Of a stretch of 64,000 nt of DNA, positions 1 through 13,899 are shown piece by piece. The stretch is from the NCBI GenBank assembly GCA_021613535.1, contig CP075494.1, positions 11,470,001 to 11,534,000 of the forward strand, given 5' to 3'. Positions within the stretch are counted from its first letter, which is position 1. Each line of letters begins with the position of its first letter. A program made the position numbers and the translations under genes. The notes beneath the pieces were generated by a model that was not told where the DNA came from, searched no databases, and saw nothing but the letters and a program-made list of their open reading frames with translations. Source of the stretch: Adineta vaga (lineage: Eukaryota > Animalia > Rotifera).

Positions 1-2218
1 CCATTGCTTTCAAATTTATTTCCTGCTTCATCATTAGCACTGTTCTGATCAAAACGTTGGCCATTCTAATTTAAACGAGAAAAAAAACATATATAAGATT
101 ATTAATCTTTGAGTGAACCTTAATCATAAGATTCTCGTTTTCTTTTTTATGTATTCAAAACTAATTTGGAATCATTATCAAAAAAACAAACTCATTTTTT
201 TCTTATTTTACCTCTGAACTAAACGGTTTTCCTTTTAGTCATTTAGTAAAAATATACTTTCGAAATTACGGCTGTCACAGTTTGTTAATGAGTCGTTGTC
301 AAGGTATATGTTTTAGGCTATAGAAGACTATGACAAACAAAAAAGCTACACATTAGTACTAATTAATAAGATGAAGGATTCATTTAAGCATTTTGTCTTC
401 GAAAGAAAAATGAATAAAAATAAACATACAAATTTGAGAAGATTCCAATCGAAGACATAATCATATGTAAAACCTTGTCGATGGAATAGATTACGAAATA
501 GTTGCCGTAAATATCTAAATAAATTCAAAGTTGTTAGAAGTTTTCTATTGTCATTAATGGTTAAACATACGAATAATCTGGTTTGTCATCAAAACGTAAC
601 GAACGACAATAGGATAAATATGTTGTAAATTCTATTTGAAATAGAGAATAATTAATTTAAATGATCTTATTCAAAAAAGTATTTCTTACCTGGAAAACCT
701 TTACATAATTCTTCGATTGGTGTTGACATTTTCTTCTCACTAATTCGTTCATATTTTTGACGTTTTGTTGCTGCTTTCAAACCTTGCCACTATAATCAAA
801 TAGATCATTTATTTTTTAAACAAAAATCTCTTTTTCAATTTTTACCGGAAGACTTCCACGATTAAAATACATGAGTACATAACCAAGGGATTCCATGTCA
901 TCTCGGCGACTTTGTTCTAATAAAACAAAAACATGATCATTTCATTGGTGCAATCAATCATTCGAAAACAGTTCTATTTATAAGACATTGTGTAGGAAGA
1001 GTAACTGTATACTACCAGGTACAGAACAGAACGCGTAAACATAACAAAATCTGTTAACACTCTGTCTGTCATATCAAAAGTAATTTATCACAATTAAGAT
1101 ATTAGATTTTTGTTTCTTTTTTGTCATAATCTGTCCAGCTATAAATTCGTCTTAATCTTCGGAATCGAAAAAGAAAAGAACAAACCAATGCCAAGATGGG
1201 TATTGATTGAAGCATAACGTGCTGTGCCAGTTAAGTTTTTGTTTTCTCGGTATGGTATATGTTGATGTGTACGTGCATCTCGATATTTTTTAGCAAGGCC
1301 AAAATCAATAATATACACAAGATTGCCTTTGCGACCAAGGCCCATCAAAAAGTTGTCTAAAGAAAAGTATTTTCTTTTTATTCAATGATAAAATTGAATT
1401 ATCTACCTGGTTTAATATCTCGATGAATGAAATTTTTCGAATGAATAAAATCAATTCGACTGACCTATATTCAAAATATTAAGATTCATTTTTTTTTATA
1501 GAGAATAATACAATTCACTAGAGATTACTATCCAAATATAGAAGAACAAATTGACACTTAATGTAAGAAAAGAAAAGCATCGCTCACATTATTGTCATGC
1601 TAAATCATTTCTCGCTATTCATTACGACAACTACGTTGATGCAATTTAACTCGTCTCTAGTACAATATAAAAAGGGTTTTTTAACTTTCGAAAAGGAAAA
1701 AAATATGTGTTCGAAATATTTGTCTAATATACACACATCTATGTATGTCATCATAATACAAAATGCTGATAACATCGTGCATAGTTCATTTTAACGTGAC
1801 AATAAAAATTCAGTATGAAATATGATTCAAAAAATGAAAGAAAAGTTAAAGCAATTTCTTTTTTCCCCTCTCTATATCATACCATTTGGTCAGCAAGTAA
1901 AAGGACCGTTTTGAGTGAAAATTTCCTTGAGCAAAAATTAAATAGATCTTCTAATGATGGTCCAAGTAAATCCATAACCAGAACATTATAATCTCCTTCT
2001 GCGCCACACCATTTAATCAATGGAATTCCAACACCACCTTGCATCAATCGATAAATTTTCGATTCTATATGTAATTGAGGATGTTTCGTTCGAACACATT
2101 CTAATTTAATTGCGACTTCTTCGTTCGTTGCAATATTTGTTCCAAGATATATATCACCAAATGATCCTGAACCAATCTTACGTCCAAGACGATATTTATG
2201 ACCGACACGTAATTCCAT
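1..2218 (-). CDS. CSNK1D: Casein kinase I delta/epsilon, multi-exon, 3' end runs off the window
   Basis: [26 protein letters not shown]..., [18 protein letters not shown] and [12 protein letters not shown] motifs lie across GT-AG exons; the tail exon NGQRFDQNS... is at 66-1. Delta versus epsilon is not resolvable here. Confidence 0.93.
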
Positions 2219-2672
2219 TATATTGTTTATTTAATTCGGGAAGGATTGAAGGAGCAATAGAAAAAGCAAGAGCACACAGAGATATCGATGGATAGGTATT
2301 TATAGACGATTACTCATCATTTCGAATCAATGGCTATTAGATAGAGATAAAAAAAATACAATCTAAAATGACGAAAAAAAAATTCAGCTGATGTGTGGGT
2401 GCATTGAACCATCATCAACATATTGTCCTCTCTTTTCTTTCCATTTCTACTCGTAAAGCAACAACTGATGTTATTTCTCTTTCTTTGTATATTCAATAGA
2501 AACCAATGACGAACAAGGCGCGCCACATGTTCGAATAATCTTGACGATATGTGGCGCTGGATGTTTGTTTTATTTATTAGAAGAAAAAAGAAGAGGAAAA
2601 AAACATGTCACGATGATTTTGGTTACGATTGTAAATTAAAGTGTTTTGATTGTTATTTCTAACCAAAATATA

Positions 2673-5217
2673 ATGGAATTTGAGGAAATTCAATTGATTG
2701 TTAGTAAGGCTATTGAACAGACGAAAACACATCAAATTGATCTATTAATGAGATGGCTTGATGGAATACTTTCTAAATATCGAGATTCAACTTTATGTAA
2801 GTTTTCTTTTCTTTTTCATAGTAAATAAAATATGATTGGAATAAATTTCAAAGATAAAAAAAGTCCTAATTGTTGTTGAAAAATAAAGGACATATGAATT
2901 TGAATAACAAAGCAAAACAAGATATTTCTCATTTACTTTTAGCTTCAAATCAAACACTGAATAAACTCAGTAATGGCCAACGATTTATTTGTCCCTGTGG
3001 TCGATCATTTTGTACAGAGATAACAATACATGAAACGACAAATGTTGATGCTAGTTCTCCTCCTGCAACACCTATGCTTTCACTCAAAACTGATCTGAAA
3101 CATCATCAACATTCACAAGAATTAATTTCAAAACGATCACGTATTTCACTGATGGATACACCTCACACGACAACAACAACAACTACAATATTGAATTCAT
3201 CCTCATTAATTGTACCTTGGTCAACGGCAAATATGAAAAACTATGAAGCTAGTCCAGGTTTGATTTGTGATCAATTTTTGTAGTCATCTCTAAGAATTGA
3301 TCTTCTTCCTTTTTTTTTTAAAGAATTAATGAATGCAGAATCTAATCGTGGTGAAAGTGACATTGAATTATCAAGTGATGAATCACGATGTTTAGAAGAT
3401 ATTGAAGCTGTTTTATCCCCCGACAAAACAACGATCTCAAATTTTATTTATTCAAATGATTTATGGACGACACCTTCACTTTCCAGTACTGCAAATAGTA
3501 CTCTTACAAATTCAACTAATAATCATGATGATGATGATAGACAAGAACAGCAACAAATGATAACATTGAAACCCGTTAGTAATGAACCATTATCACCAAC
3601 ACCTGCTCTTATTCATGATGGAGATATGTGTAAAACAGTTGCAACAATTCATAGACGACCGATGCTTGTCGCCTTTGTTGATCCTCGAGCATGTTCACCG
3701 ACGGGACCAACTCATTTCAAATGTACTCAATGTCATGAAACATTTGATAGTCTTCTTCTTGGTCAAGATCATGCCAATAATGGCATGTGTACATCTGATG
3801 CAACAATCAATGTATGTCATAGAAAACTTTTCCTATCAATTGAGAATTACAAGATGTACTTTGACTAGTAGTCTAAAAATAAGAATGATATAATCATGAT
3901 AGACAACTTGAAATTTTTATCAAATATTTTTTTCTATCGTTCCATGTAAATAGATGTAACCTTCCAAAGATCAAATTACTCAGAAAGAAATTGCTCATAC
4001 CTAACATTATCCAGATGTTGTCTTGACGAAGAAGGTCATTTATTGTGTTCTCTTAGTTTTTTGCTTACAGTTAACTGTCAATCTTAAGGAAACGAGTGTC
4101 GAATGTCTTTAATCCAAAAATATTTGAACAATTCAATTTGACAGTCGAAAGAAAAATTTATGAGATATGTCAAATTTCTATAATTTACACTTTTTTTGCG
4201 GATAAAATAAAAACTAAATTGTTCATACACACGAGAGGACAAGAGAACACATCCAAACTTATTAGATAGTTTTAATTTTATCGTATACGTCTGTATACCG
4301 TTGTACTTTTTACCAATATTCGAAATTTCAATAGCTTGTAGTACTTGTTGTTTTGCAGAGACGAAAAGAGAAAATGAATTAAATTTTGTGAAAGCACTTG
4401 AAATTGAAATAAATCGTATACTAAAGTATTCGAATACATTCACAAAACTTCTCTCGAATATGGAATATATTTCTTGTTTGATTATTGCTAGACATTGGAG
4501 AACTCTGATACACCTTCATCACCTGCTGTTTCACCATTATTCGATCCTTTTCAAGAAGAATTGGTAAAGGAAATTATCCTGTTGATTATATTTACATCTT
4601 ATTTTTCGTTAATAAATAGGATGAAGCAGTTCCAACTCGATCTGATACAAAAGCAGCATGTCCTGTTTGTAAGAGATAATCACATCTGAATGATTGAAAT
4701 TTGTTTTTAATAAATATATGTCATTTTTATTTAGGTAATAAAGTTTTTAGTAGCGTTCATACAATGGTTCGTCATAAGACGTCTATACATGATCGGCAAG
4801 TTCGTTATGGATGCAATATTTGTGGTCGTTTTTTCTTTCGTAAAGATAAATTAACTTCCCATATGGTTTATCATCAAGATTTTGATACTTATATTTGTTG
4901 TTTTTGTTCTGTTGGTTGTAAATCACGTATGTTAATGAGACAACATTTAAAACGCGAGTAAATATTTTATTTGAACAAAAGAAAATATCGTTTGATTACA
5001 AATCATTGTTTTTCTTCTTAGTCATGTTATATCAGGTGAAGATACACGTTTAAATGATATATTAAACCAATGTCAAGTCAAAAAATCACTCAATCTAGAA
5101 ACAAATATGTCCGTTGCTTATGGGTCTGATCGATCAATTACATCATTAAAACGAAATCATACGTTAATAACACCAGAAAATGATATTAAACAATCGACAT
5201 CGATGAGTAGTAATTAA
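2673..5217 (+). CDS. C2H2 zinc-finger protein, multi-exon
   Basis: Spliced exons give CPVC/NKVFSSVHTMVRHKTSIH, CNICGRFFFRKDKLTSHMVYH, CCFCSVGCKSRMLMRQHLKRE and CTQCHETF. ATG at 2673, TAA ends at 5217. Confidence 0.8.
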
Positions 5218-5433
5218 TTTTATATTTTAGTCTCGTTCACAGTGGACGATACTCTTTCCTTCTTCTTCTTTTTTTCTTTGGTGTAGTCTTTAGATATCTG
5301 ATCATCTATTTGCCGATTGTAAATTTTATATACATACATATATACATAAATATATATTTCTTTTTTGTTTATATTATAAGAATTAATTGGAAAAGCAAAA
5401 ATCTGACTATAAATAGAAAAGAAAACTAACAAT

Positions 5434-6616
5434 TTAATCAGCATCAAATGTGATTTGACCAGGTCCACCACTTTTCATATAACGACGATACGCTTTATAA
5501 CGACCAGATTCACTTAATTTTTTCTTTTGTTCTTCATCTTTTTCTTCTTTCCATTGACGAAAATTTTCCTTTATCCATGTTTGTCGATTCCATAATTGAT
5601 TTTGTTCTTTTTCAGGTAAAGATTCATATTGTTCACGGCTAATCTTTAAATAACAACAAATCAAATAGATCTTTTCATCATCACCCATTTCATGCTTATT
5701 TAAATGAAATTTAAAAAACCATCGAAGATGCCATTTTAATTTGAGAAATAGATTATAAGGAAATAAGATCATTTGAAGCCAAAGTATACGTTTAATACCT
5801 AAGAAGGATATTCATAGATAGATAGATTGAATAGAAATAAAATAAAACATACTTGGTTTCTGATAACCACCTTTAATATCAAGTTTCTGTTCAACAATTT
5901 GTTTTAAAATAACTTCTTCTTCTTGTTTACTCATTGCTTTTCGTCCACGATTTTTCTTCGATGTATCTCCACCTCCAAGTAAACCTTCTTGTCGAGCAAT
6001 TTCTTGTGCTTGTAAACGATATCTCGGTACGGTAACAAGATAATTAATTGCAGCATTATAATTGCTATGTTGACTAAATAGAAAAATAAACTTTTACTTT
6101 CGAATAAAACGATTTCGTACAAGAAACAAACCTATAATATTGAATTGCACTAATAACAGATATGAGTATAAATAAAACAACACGAACATCCACTTTCGGT
6201 GCATATCGATGACGATAATATCGATAATAATGTGAATAATATCTATTCAAAGAATAGAATTCAATTATTTGTCTGAGATTGAAATAAAAAAAAGTAATGA
6301 CTTACTCATTTGGATTATCTAACATTCGATCGTAATCTATTCGTGTTTCTTCATCTTTCAAAATTTCATATGCATTAGCAAATGCACGAAATCGTTCGGT
6401 ATATAGTTGTTTATCTTCTACTGTTTTAGCCATATCTGGATGATATTTTTTTGCTAATCCTCGATATGCTTTAACAATTTCTTGTTTAGTCGATGTTCGT
6501 GTAACATTCAATAAATCATAACAATTTTCTCGACCACAATAGAGTCCATCAATTAATGAATGAACATGAAGAACAAAGAAATTAAGTAAAAGAAATAGAT
6601 ATAGATAAAATTTCAT
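5434..6616 (-). CDS. DNAJC25: DnaJ homolog subfamily C member 25
   Basis: Signal-like N-terminus, GLYCGRENCYDLL, J-domain HPD motif (KYHPD), YYRYYRHRYAPKVDVR, and C-terminal SGRYKAYRRYMKSGGPGQITFDAD. Confidence 0.93.
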
Positions 6617-6657
6617 ATTGTATCTGAAAAGTAACAAAAGATTATTTATTTACACAT

Positions 6658-7229
6658 TTATTCAAGACCTTTTGATGGTTCATCAAAAGCTTTTCGAGCG
6701 CGTTTTAATTCTTCATTCATCGATAAAAGTTCTTTTACACGTGCGTATTTTCTTGGATCATGCCGAAGTAAATATAAAATATCGTTTACAACGATACGAC
6801 CTTGTTTATTGCTACCTATTTCCGATGCTTTCAATGTCTAATGAAGAAAATAAAATTAGCTATGAAGAAAATTGTTCTCAAAGAAACTTACCATATCTGT
6901 AATATATTGTAGAACAAGATCTTCAAGTAATTCAACTGATTCAGCATATGGTTGAGGATCATCACCAAAGCCATACATCATATTTCGAACTAAATTGAAA
7001 AAATAAAGATTTGTGTTTTGTTTTGAAAAGGATTAGATCTTACGTTCTTTTGAAAATAAACGTTTTCGCACTTGATTATCACTACTTGCAGCGCCTGATG
7101 GTGAAGGACGTGCGGCAGATGCATCATGCTATATAGATATAATCGATTTTTTTTTTGTTTTGAAAGGGTTTTTATCAAGAAAAATTAACAATCACTTACA
7201 CGTTTGTCGTTTGATGGTTGACCAGCCAT
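6658..7229 (-). CDS. TAF13: TFIID subunit 13, 4 exons
   Basis: Spliced reading RKRLFSKE/..MMYGFGDDPQPYAESVELLEDLV/..RHDPRKYARVKELLSMNEELKRARKAFDE. Not captured by the ORF track. Confidence 0.92.
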
Positions 7230-7479
7230 GTAGTTTATTCTATCGATACTTGAATCAATAATTATATTGAATAAAAAAGGAAAAGAGTGGGAAAAGGGTG
7301 TAGACGTAAGAAAGAAAGCGATCGAATCAGAAAAAAAGATACTAAATGTGTGTCGCTCTATTTTAATTCGCTTGTTTATGCCCGACATCTGTAGAAAGAG
7401 AAAATTAAAAGAATTGAAGAAGTGAATCGTATAATAATTACATTTATTTGAATATAGAAAAAATATTTTTTGCCGTAAT

Positions 7480-7804
7480 AAAACACTTTCGATGTACAAT
7501 CGATGGACCAGTGTCTTGATAGTCGTTTTTTTTATATCAACGTTCTTGGAAATGTTGATAATGAATCAAGAATCAAAATACCAACCCACACAGCAGATTC
7601 TCGTTCAAGCGAAGCATCAGTTACATGCAATAAAGGTTGTTCATCACAGAAAGTGTGATGTCATATGTTTTACATGTCATTCCAATGGGTGACAATAGCA
7701 TGTTCAGTAGAATAATGAACAGTCGAAAGATTTCTCTTTTCGATTGTTTTATTTCCAATGAAAGATTCATCGAAATCGATTTCATTATTGCTATACAATG
7801 ACAT
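7480..7804 (-). pseudogene. Internally deleted actin pseudogene (copy E)
   Basis: MSLYSNNE..ESFIGNKTIEKRNLSTVHYSTEHAIVTHWNDM*NI*HHTF is joined to [30 protein letters not shown], with stops, a frameshift and large deletions. Confidence 0.85.
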
Positions 7805-7955
7805 AGGATTCAAACGAGAAATTATTCTAAAAATTATTAAAAGCGATCGCAAGCAACTCTTTTTCTGTTTTGTACAATATATAAGACTTCTTTGAATAAT
7901 ATCATAGGTTTTTTCAATTTTATTTAATAAAATAAACAAAAAAACTTCAAGAGAA

Positions 7956-9256
7956 TCAGATACATTTTCTATGTATAATCGATGGACCGACGTCTTCGTA
8001 GTCTTTTTTTGAAATCCACATTCTTTGAAACGTTGATAATGATGCAAGAATTGAACCACCAATCCATACGGAATATTTTCGTTCAGGGGCTGCGACTACT
8101 CGAATTTTTTGATTTGGTGGGAACTTGACTTCCAATTCTTTCTTCATTCGATCAGCAATGCCCGGAAACATGGTATTTCCTTGAAAAAAAATTAAATCAC
8201 ACTGATTTATCATGAGTATTCAAATGTATTTACCTCCGGATAAAAGAATATTATTATAAAAATCGCGTCGTATATCCGTTTCACAAGTCATAATGGCATG
8301 ATGTACTAAATCAGTGATACCAGGCTCTCGTTGACCCATTATTTCTGGATTAAAAAGTGCTTCAGGACATCGAAAACGTTCATTGCCAATGACTATATAT
8401 TGACCATCAGGTAACTTATAATCCTGGTTATAATTTCTCGACCGCTTTGACAATGTCATTTCTTCTTCAAAATTTAATGCAATATAACCATGTTTTTCTT
8501 TCATATCTCGTACGATTTCTCGATCACTAGTAGTTGAAAACGAATAACCACGTTCAGCCAGTAATCTCATCATCCAATTAGTCAAATCACGTCCGCCAAG
8601 ATCTGAGCGACAGATTCCACGCTGCATAGCATAACCTGGAGAAAAAACTAGAAACTATAGAGAAAAAAAAATCAATGACTTTACCTTCATAAATAGGCAT
8701 TGTTTGTGTGACACCATCTCCACTTTCGACAATAATACCTGTTGTTCGACCCAAGGTATAAAATGACAGAACACCTTGTTTAGCTATATACATTGCTGAA
8801 GAACATAAAAACAATAACTATATATTGTATATAATTGAAAATAATCTACTTACCGGGAACTTTAAAATGTTCAAACATGATCTGTGTCATTTTTTCACGA
8901 GAACCTATTGGATTCAATGATGGTTCACTCAATAGAACGGGGTGCTCTTCAGGCAAAATATGAAGTTCGTTGGAGAATGTATGATGCCAAATTTTTTCCA
9001 TATCATCCCAATTTATTACTATTCCATGTTCGATTGGATAACGAATAACAGAATGTTCTTTGCTCATTGATAATTTATATCCAATCAATAAATCCATCTG
9101 ACTTGTTTTTGACAGGGTTGAATCATGATATGGACATCCGATCTTATTAGGAACAACTGCATGAGGTGCATCATCACCAGCAAATCCGGCGTAAATATTT
9201 CCGGAACCATTATCAATGACAATTGAACGAGTCTCTTCTTCTGGAAAAAGTGACAT
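7956..9256 (-). CDS. Divergent actin (copy D), 4 exons, intact frame
   Basis: [64 protein letters not shown]. Three phase-1 introns splice in frame. Confidence 0.92.
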
Positions 9257-9554
9257 TCAATGTCAAAATAGATTTCTTGGACAGGTTATTTTAAAAATCT
9301 AAATATTGTTGAGTAAATATCTGTTAGTTTTCATTCTGACAAACTAATGAATGGATACGATTCTAACCAATGGAGATAAATGTTATATCAACATCAACAT
9401 GTGAACATATAAAGTATTCTGTGTTTCACTATTTGATCGGTAATCTATGTTTTTATATTTATCAAAAAAACTCGAACAAATCCTGAATCAGGATGACATA
9501 AAAATATTCATTACAATTTGCAAACATCTGATGAGAAATATAAGAATTTCGTAA

Positions 9555-10858
9555 TTACAAACATTTTCGATGTGCAATCGATGGTCCGAATTCGTCATAA
9601 TCCTGTTTTGATATCAACATACTCGAAAATGTTGACAATGAACTAAGAATTGACCCACCGATCCAAGCAGCATAAAGTCGTTGTGATTCGCCGATAGTAC
9701 GAATTCGACTGACTTTTGGAACTAATATATTTAGTTCTTTTTCTATTCGATCTGAGAAACCAGGACACATAGTTGTACCTACATATCAACAACTATTAAG
9801 TACTTTATTAAAAATAATACATAATAACTCACCACCAGATACGACTATCCTACGATACAATTCATGTTGAAGATCAACATTACATTTCTTTATAGAATCA
9901 TGCAGTAATTCAACAAGACCTAATTCATTATAACCGGCCAGAGTTGGTGTAAATAGTATTTCTGGACATTGGATACATGCTTTTCCGATCGTTATAATTT
10001 GACCATCAGGTAATTGATAGTTCTTCTCATTTTCATTCAAATATTTCGAAGATACCATCTCTTTTTCAAAATTTAAGGCAATATAAGTATGTTTTTCTTT
10101 GAGATCTCGAACAATTTCACGTTCACTTGTAGTTGAAAATGAATAACCACGCTGAGCCAAGAGTTTTATCATCCAATTGGTCAGATCACGTCCAGCGATA
10201 TCCAGACGATTCATTGCATGCAATACAGCATAGCCTATAATATAAGTAATAGTTAAAGAACAAAATCTATACAATACAAAATCTAACCATCAAGAATAGG
10301 TACTGTACATGATACACCATCACCACTGTCAACTACGATTCCAGCTCTTCTACCAGATGCATAAAATGAAAGCACAGCTGGGAATGTTACATAGAGCGCT
10401 AAATATGAAAATGATTCATGGAAGATGTATGTATGAAAATCAATGGAAGAAATTCTTTTACCAGGTACATTGAAATGTTCAAATAATATTTGTGCCATTT
10501 TTTGACGATTCCCTTTTGGATTCAATGGTGCTTCCGTGAGTAGAACTGGCTGTTCTTCAGGTATTTTACATATTTTATCAAAAACTGTATGCCATATCTT
10601 CTCCATATCATCCCAATTTGTAACAATGCCATGTTCAATAGGATAATGAATGTTTGAAAGATCACCTGTTATCGATATCTTATCTTTAATATTTTGAGAA
10701 TAATTAGTATTGTTCTGATAAGCTGGAATATGTGACTGGCGACCCACAGTTGTATGAAAGGTAATGCACGGAGAAATTTCTCCAGAAAAACCAGCTTTTA
10801 TTACTCCAGAACCGTTGTCAATAACAACCGTTTCCATACCTTCGTATTTATATGACAT
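9555..10858 (-). CDS. Highly divergent actin (copy C), 4 exons, intact frame
   Basis: [59 protein letters not shown]. Same three intron positions as the other copies. Confidence 0.92.
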
Positions 10859-10965
10859 TTCATTCCAGTTTTAATAAGCCATCGAATTTTTCAAAAGTTT
10901 CGCTGAAAAGACTTTCTCGTACAGTTGTATTTCTTGAATACCAGGCTGAATGGATGTCGAAACAA

Positions 10966-10975
10966 CCAATTAAGG
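10966..10975. promoter_or_regulatory. CArG-like box upstream of actin C
   Basis: CCAATTAAGG fits CC(A/T)6GG, about 110 bp upstream of the ATG. Confidence 0.4.
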
Positions 10976-11228
10976 TTACCTGACAGCAACTGTTGCTATT
11001 GCAAGATGTCCTTTCTCGTTCTGCCTTCTGTGTACCAACCGTCTTCAGTCAACAGTATGTCACTGAAACATTTTTTCTTCATATAGGGTAAGCACCGAAA
11101 AGCAACAAAGTTACCATTACAAGCTTAAACTATCTGAAAAAATGACATTCGCTCACATATATATAAATGATAATTTTATTTGAATATACAAAAAGAAGCA
11201 ATTATTTTCATGAAAAACAAATCGTAAT

Positions 11229-12555
<1,327 letters not shown>

Positions 12556-12622
12556 GTTTCGAGTTTTTGTTAGTGAATAGTTTGAAAGTGAATATAAGAT
12601 GTAGATTGAATAGTTAGCTTGT

Positions 12623-12733
12623 CTTTATATAGTATGAGGTGTGTGTGAAAAAGTGCTGTCTTAGCATGACCATATAAGGTAATTCATCCGTGTTGTCTAC
12701 CGTTTTCTTTGATGTTCGAAAGAGATTGAGTCA
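12623..12733 (-). promoter_or_regulatory. Actin A promoter: TATA, CArG box, AP-1-like site
   Basis: CTATATAAAG on minus at 12623-12632, CCATATAAGG at 12670-12679, TGAGTCA at 12727-12733. All three are retained in copy B. Confidence 0.65.
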
Positions 12734-13899
12734 TCAGAATGAAATTGTGCAATTTCTATTTTTTGACGTCCAGGTAAAGAGATGTATAGTGTATACCATA
12801 AAAGGAAATAGTTTGTTGACTGTCGTAAAATTTCTAATGGAAAAATATGACGAGAAAGGAGAAACTATATTTTATTTCGACGTAGTTCGAATGTCATGCT
12901 AGATAGATATTGCGAAAAGGTTTGCAAGCTGATAGAAAAATATTGTGAATATTAACAGACCTATTCTCTCGGCTGGAAGGAGATTGACGGCGAATGAATT
13001 AAAGAGTGTGATCGTTGATCTCTTTATAACAGATTAAAATGTCGAAAAAAACAACTAAGTATGATCAATTGTGATCTTACCAGATGGAGAGTTATCGTCG
13101 AAAGTTGTATGCTAAATCACATAACCTGTTCGGTTTTTTAATCTATTACTTTATCTAATGCTTCCTGGTGAAAAGATTCTGTTAAAGGTAACAGTTATCA
13201 ATTAAGATATGATGTAAAGTTATTGCACTGATCATTTATTAAACTGCCGAGAAATGAAACGTATCTATAATACAAGTTTAGTTATCCTTCGAAAGAAAAG
13301 TACAAGGATTAGAGTCCACCTTTACGAAACATTCATTTTATTGGAATAATGATCAATGTATTATTGCACAAGGAAAATAATCTTGTAAAGATCTAGAATG
13401 ATTTTTCTGGCCAAATAGATAAATTTCATTTATTTTACCACAATTAAACCGTGTATCATTCCTTGTAAAATTGTGTGTTACTGTTTCTAATGATTTATAA
13501 TTGATATAAACTTTAACACTATCCTGGAGATATGTTTTCGTATCTAATAAAAATTCTTCTAAGTAATCGTTATGAACTTTACTAATATCAAGTTCGATAA
13601 GATTATTATATTTAATAATCGTCGATATGTGAGATTGTCAAGGGGGAAAAGCGGATTAGGAGTTCAATTAATCACCTAATCACTAATAATCAAACATAAT
13701 CACTGCTAATCATCACTAATCGCTATTGATCAGTTCTGATTAAAAATATTCGTTAACATCCAACAAGGATTCTCAGTCAAGTATTAAATTTCTTTTGTAT
13801 AAACATGTAGATCAATCTTTTGTCAAGACAAGCATATTCTTTATACACTACTTTTTTCCATAAGTTTCAATTTTTCCAATGCACAATATGAATTGATGT

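Noticed and set aside
919-1185. Possible H/ACA snoRNA or structured RNA in a CK1 intron
   Set aside because: Partial hairpins and a terminal ACA are visible, but no convincing two-hairpin fold could be built by eye; needs a covariance-model search.
3954-4034. Poison exon in the zinc-finger gene long intron
   Set aside because: Acceptor followed by ATG-TAA, but the donor (GTCATT) is weak and there is no other support.
12960-13490. Coding-like decayed sequence in the actin spacer
   Set aside because: Multiple stops and no recognisable family.
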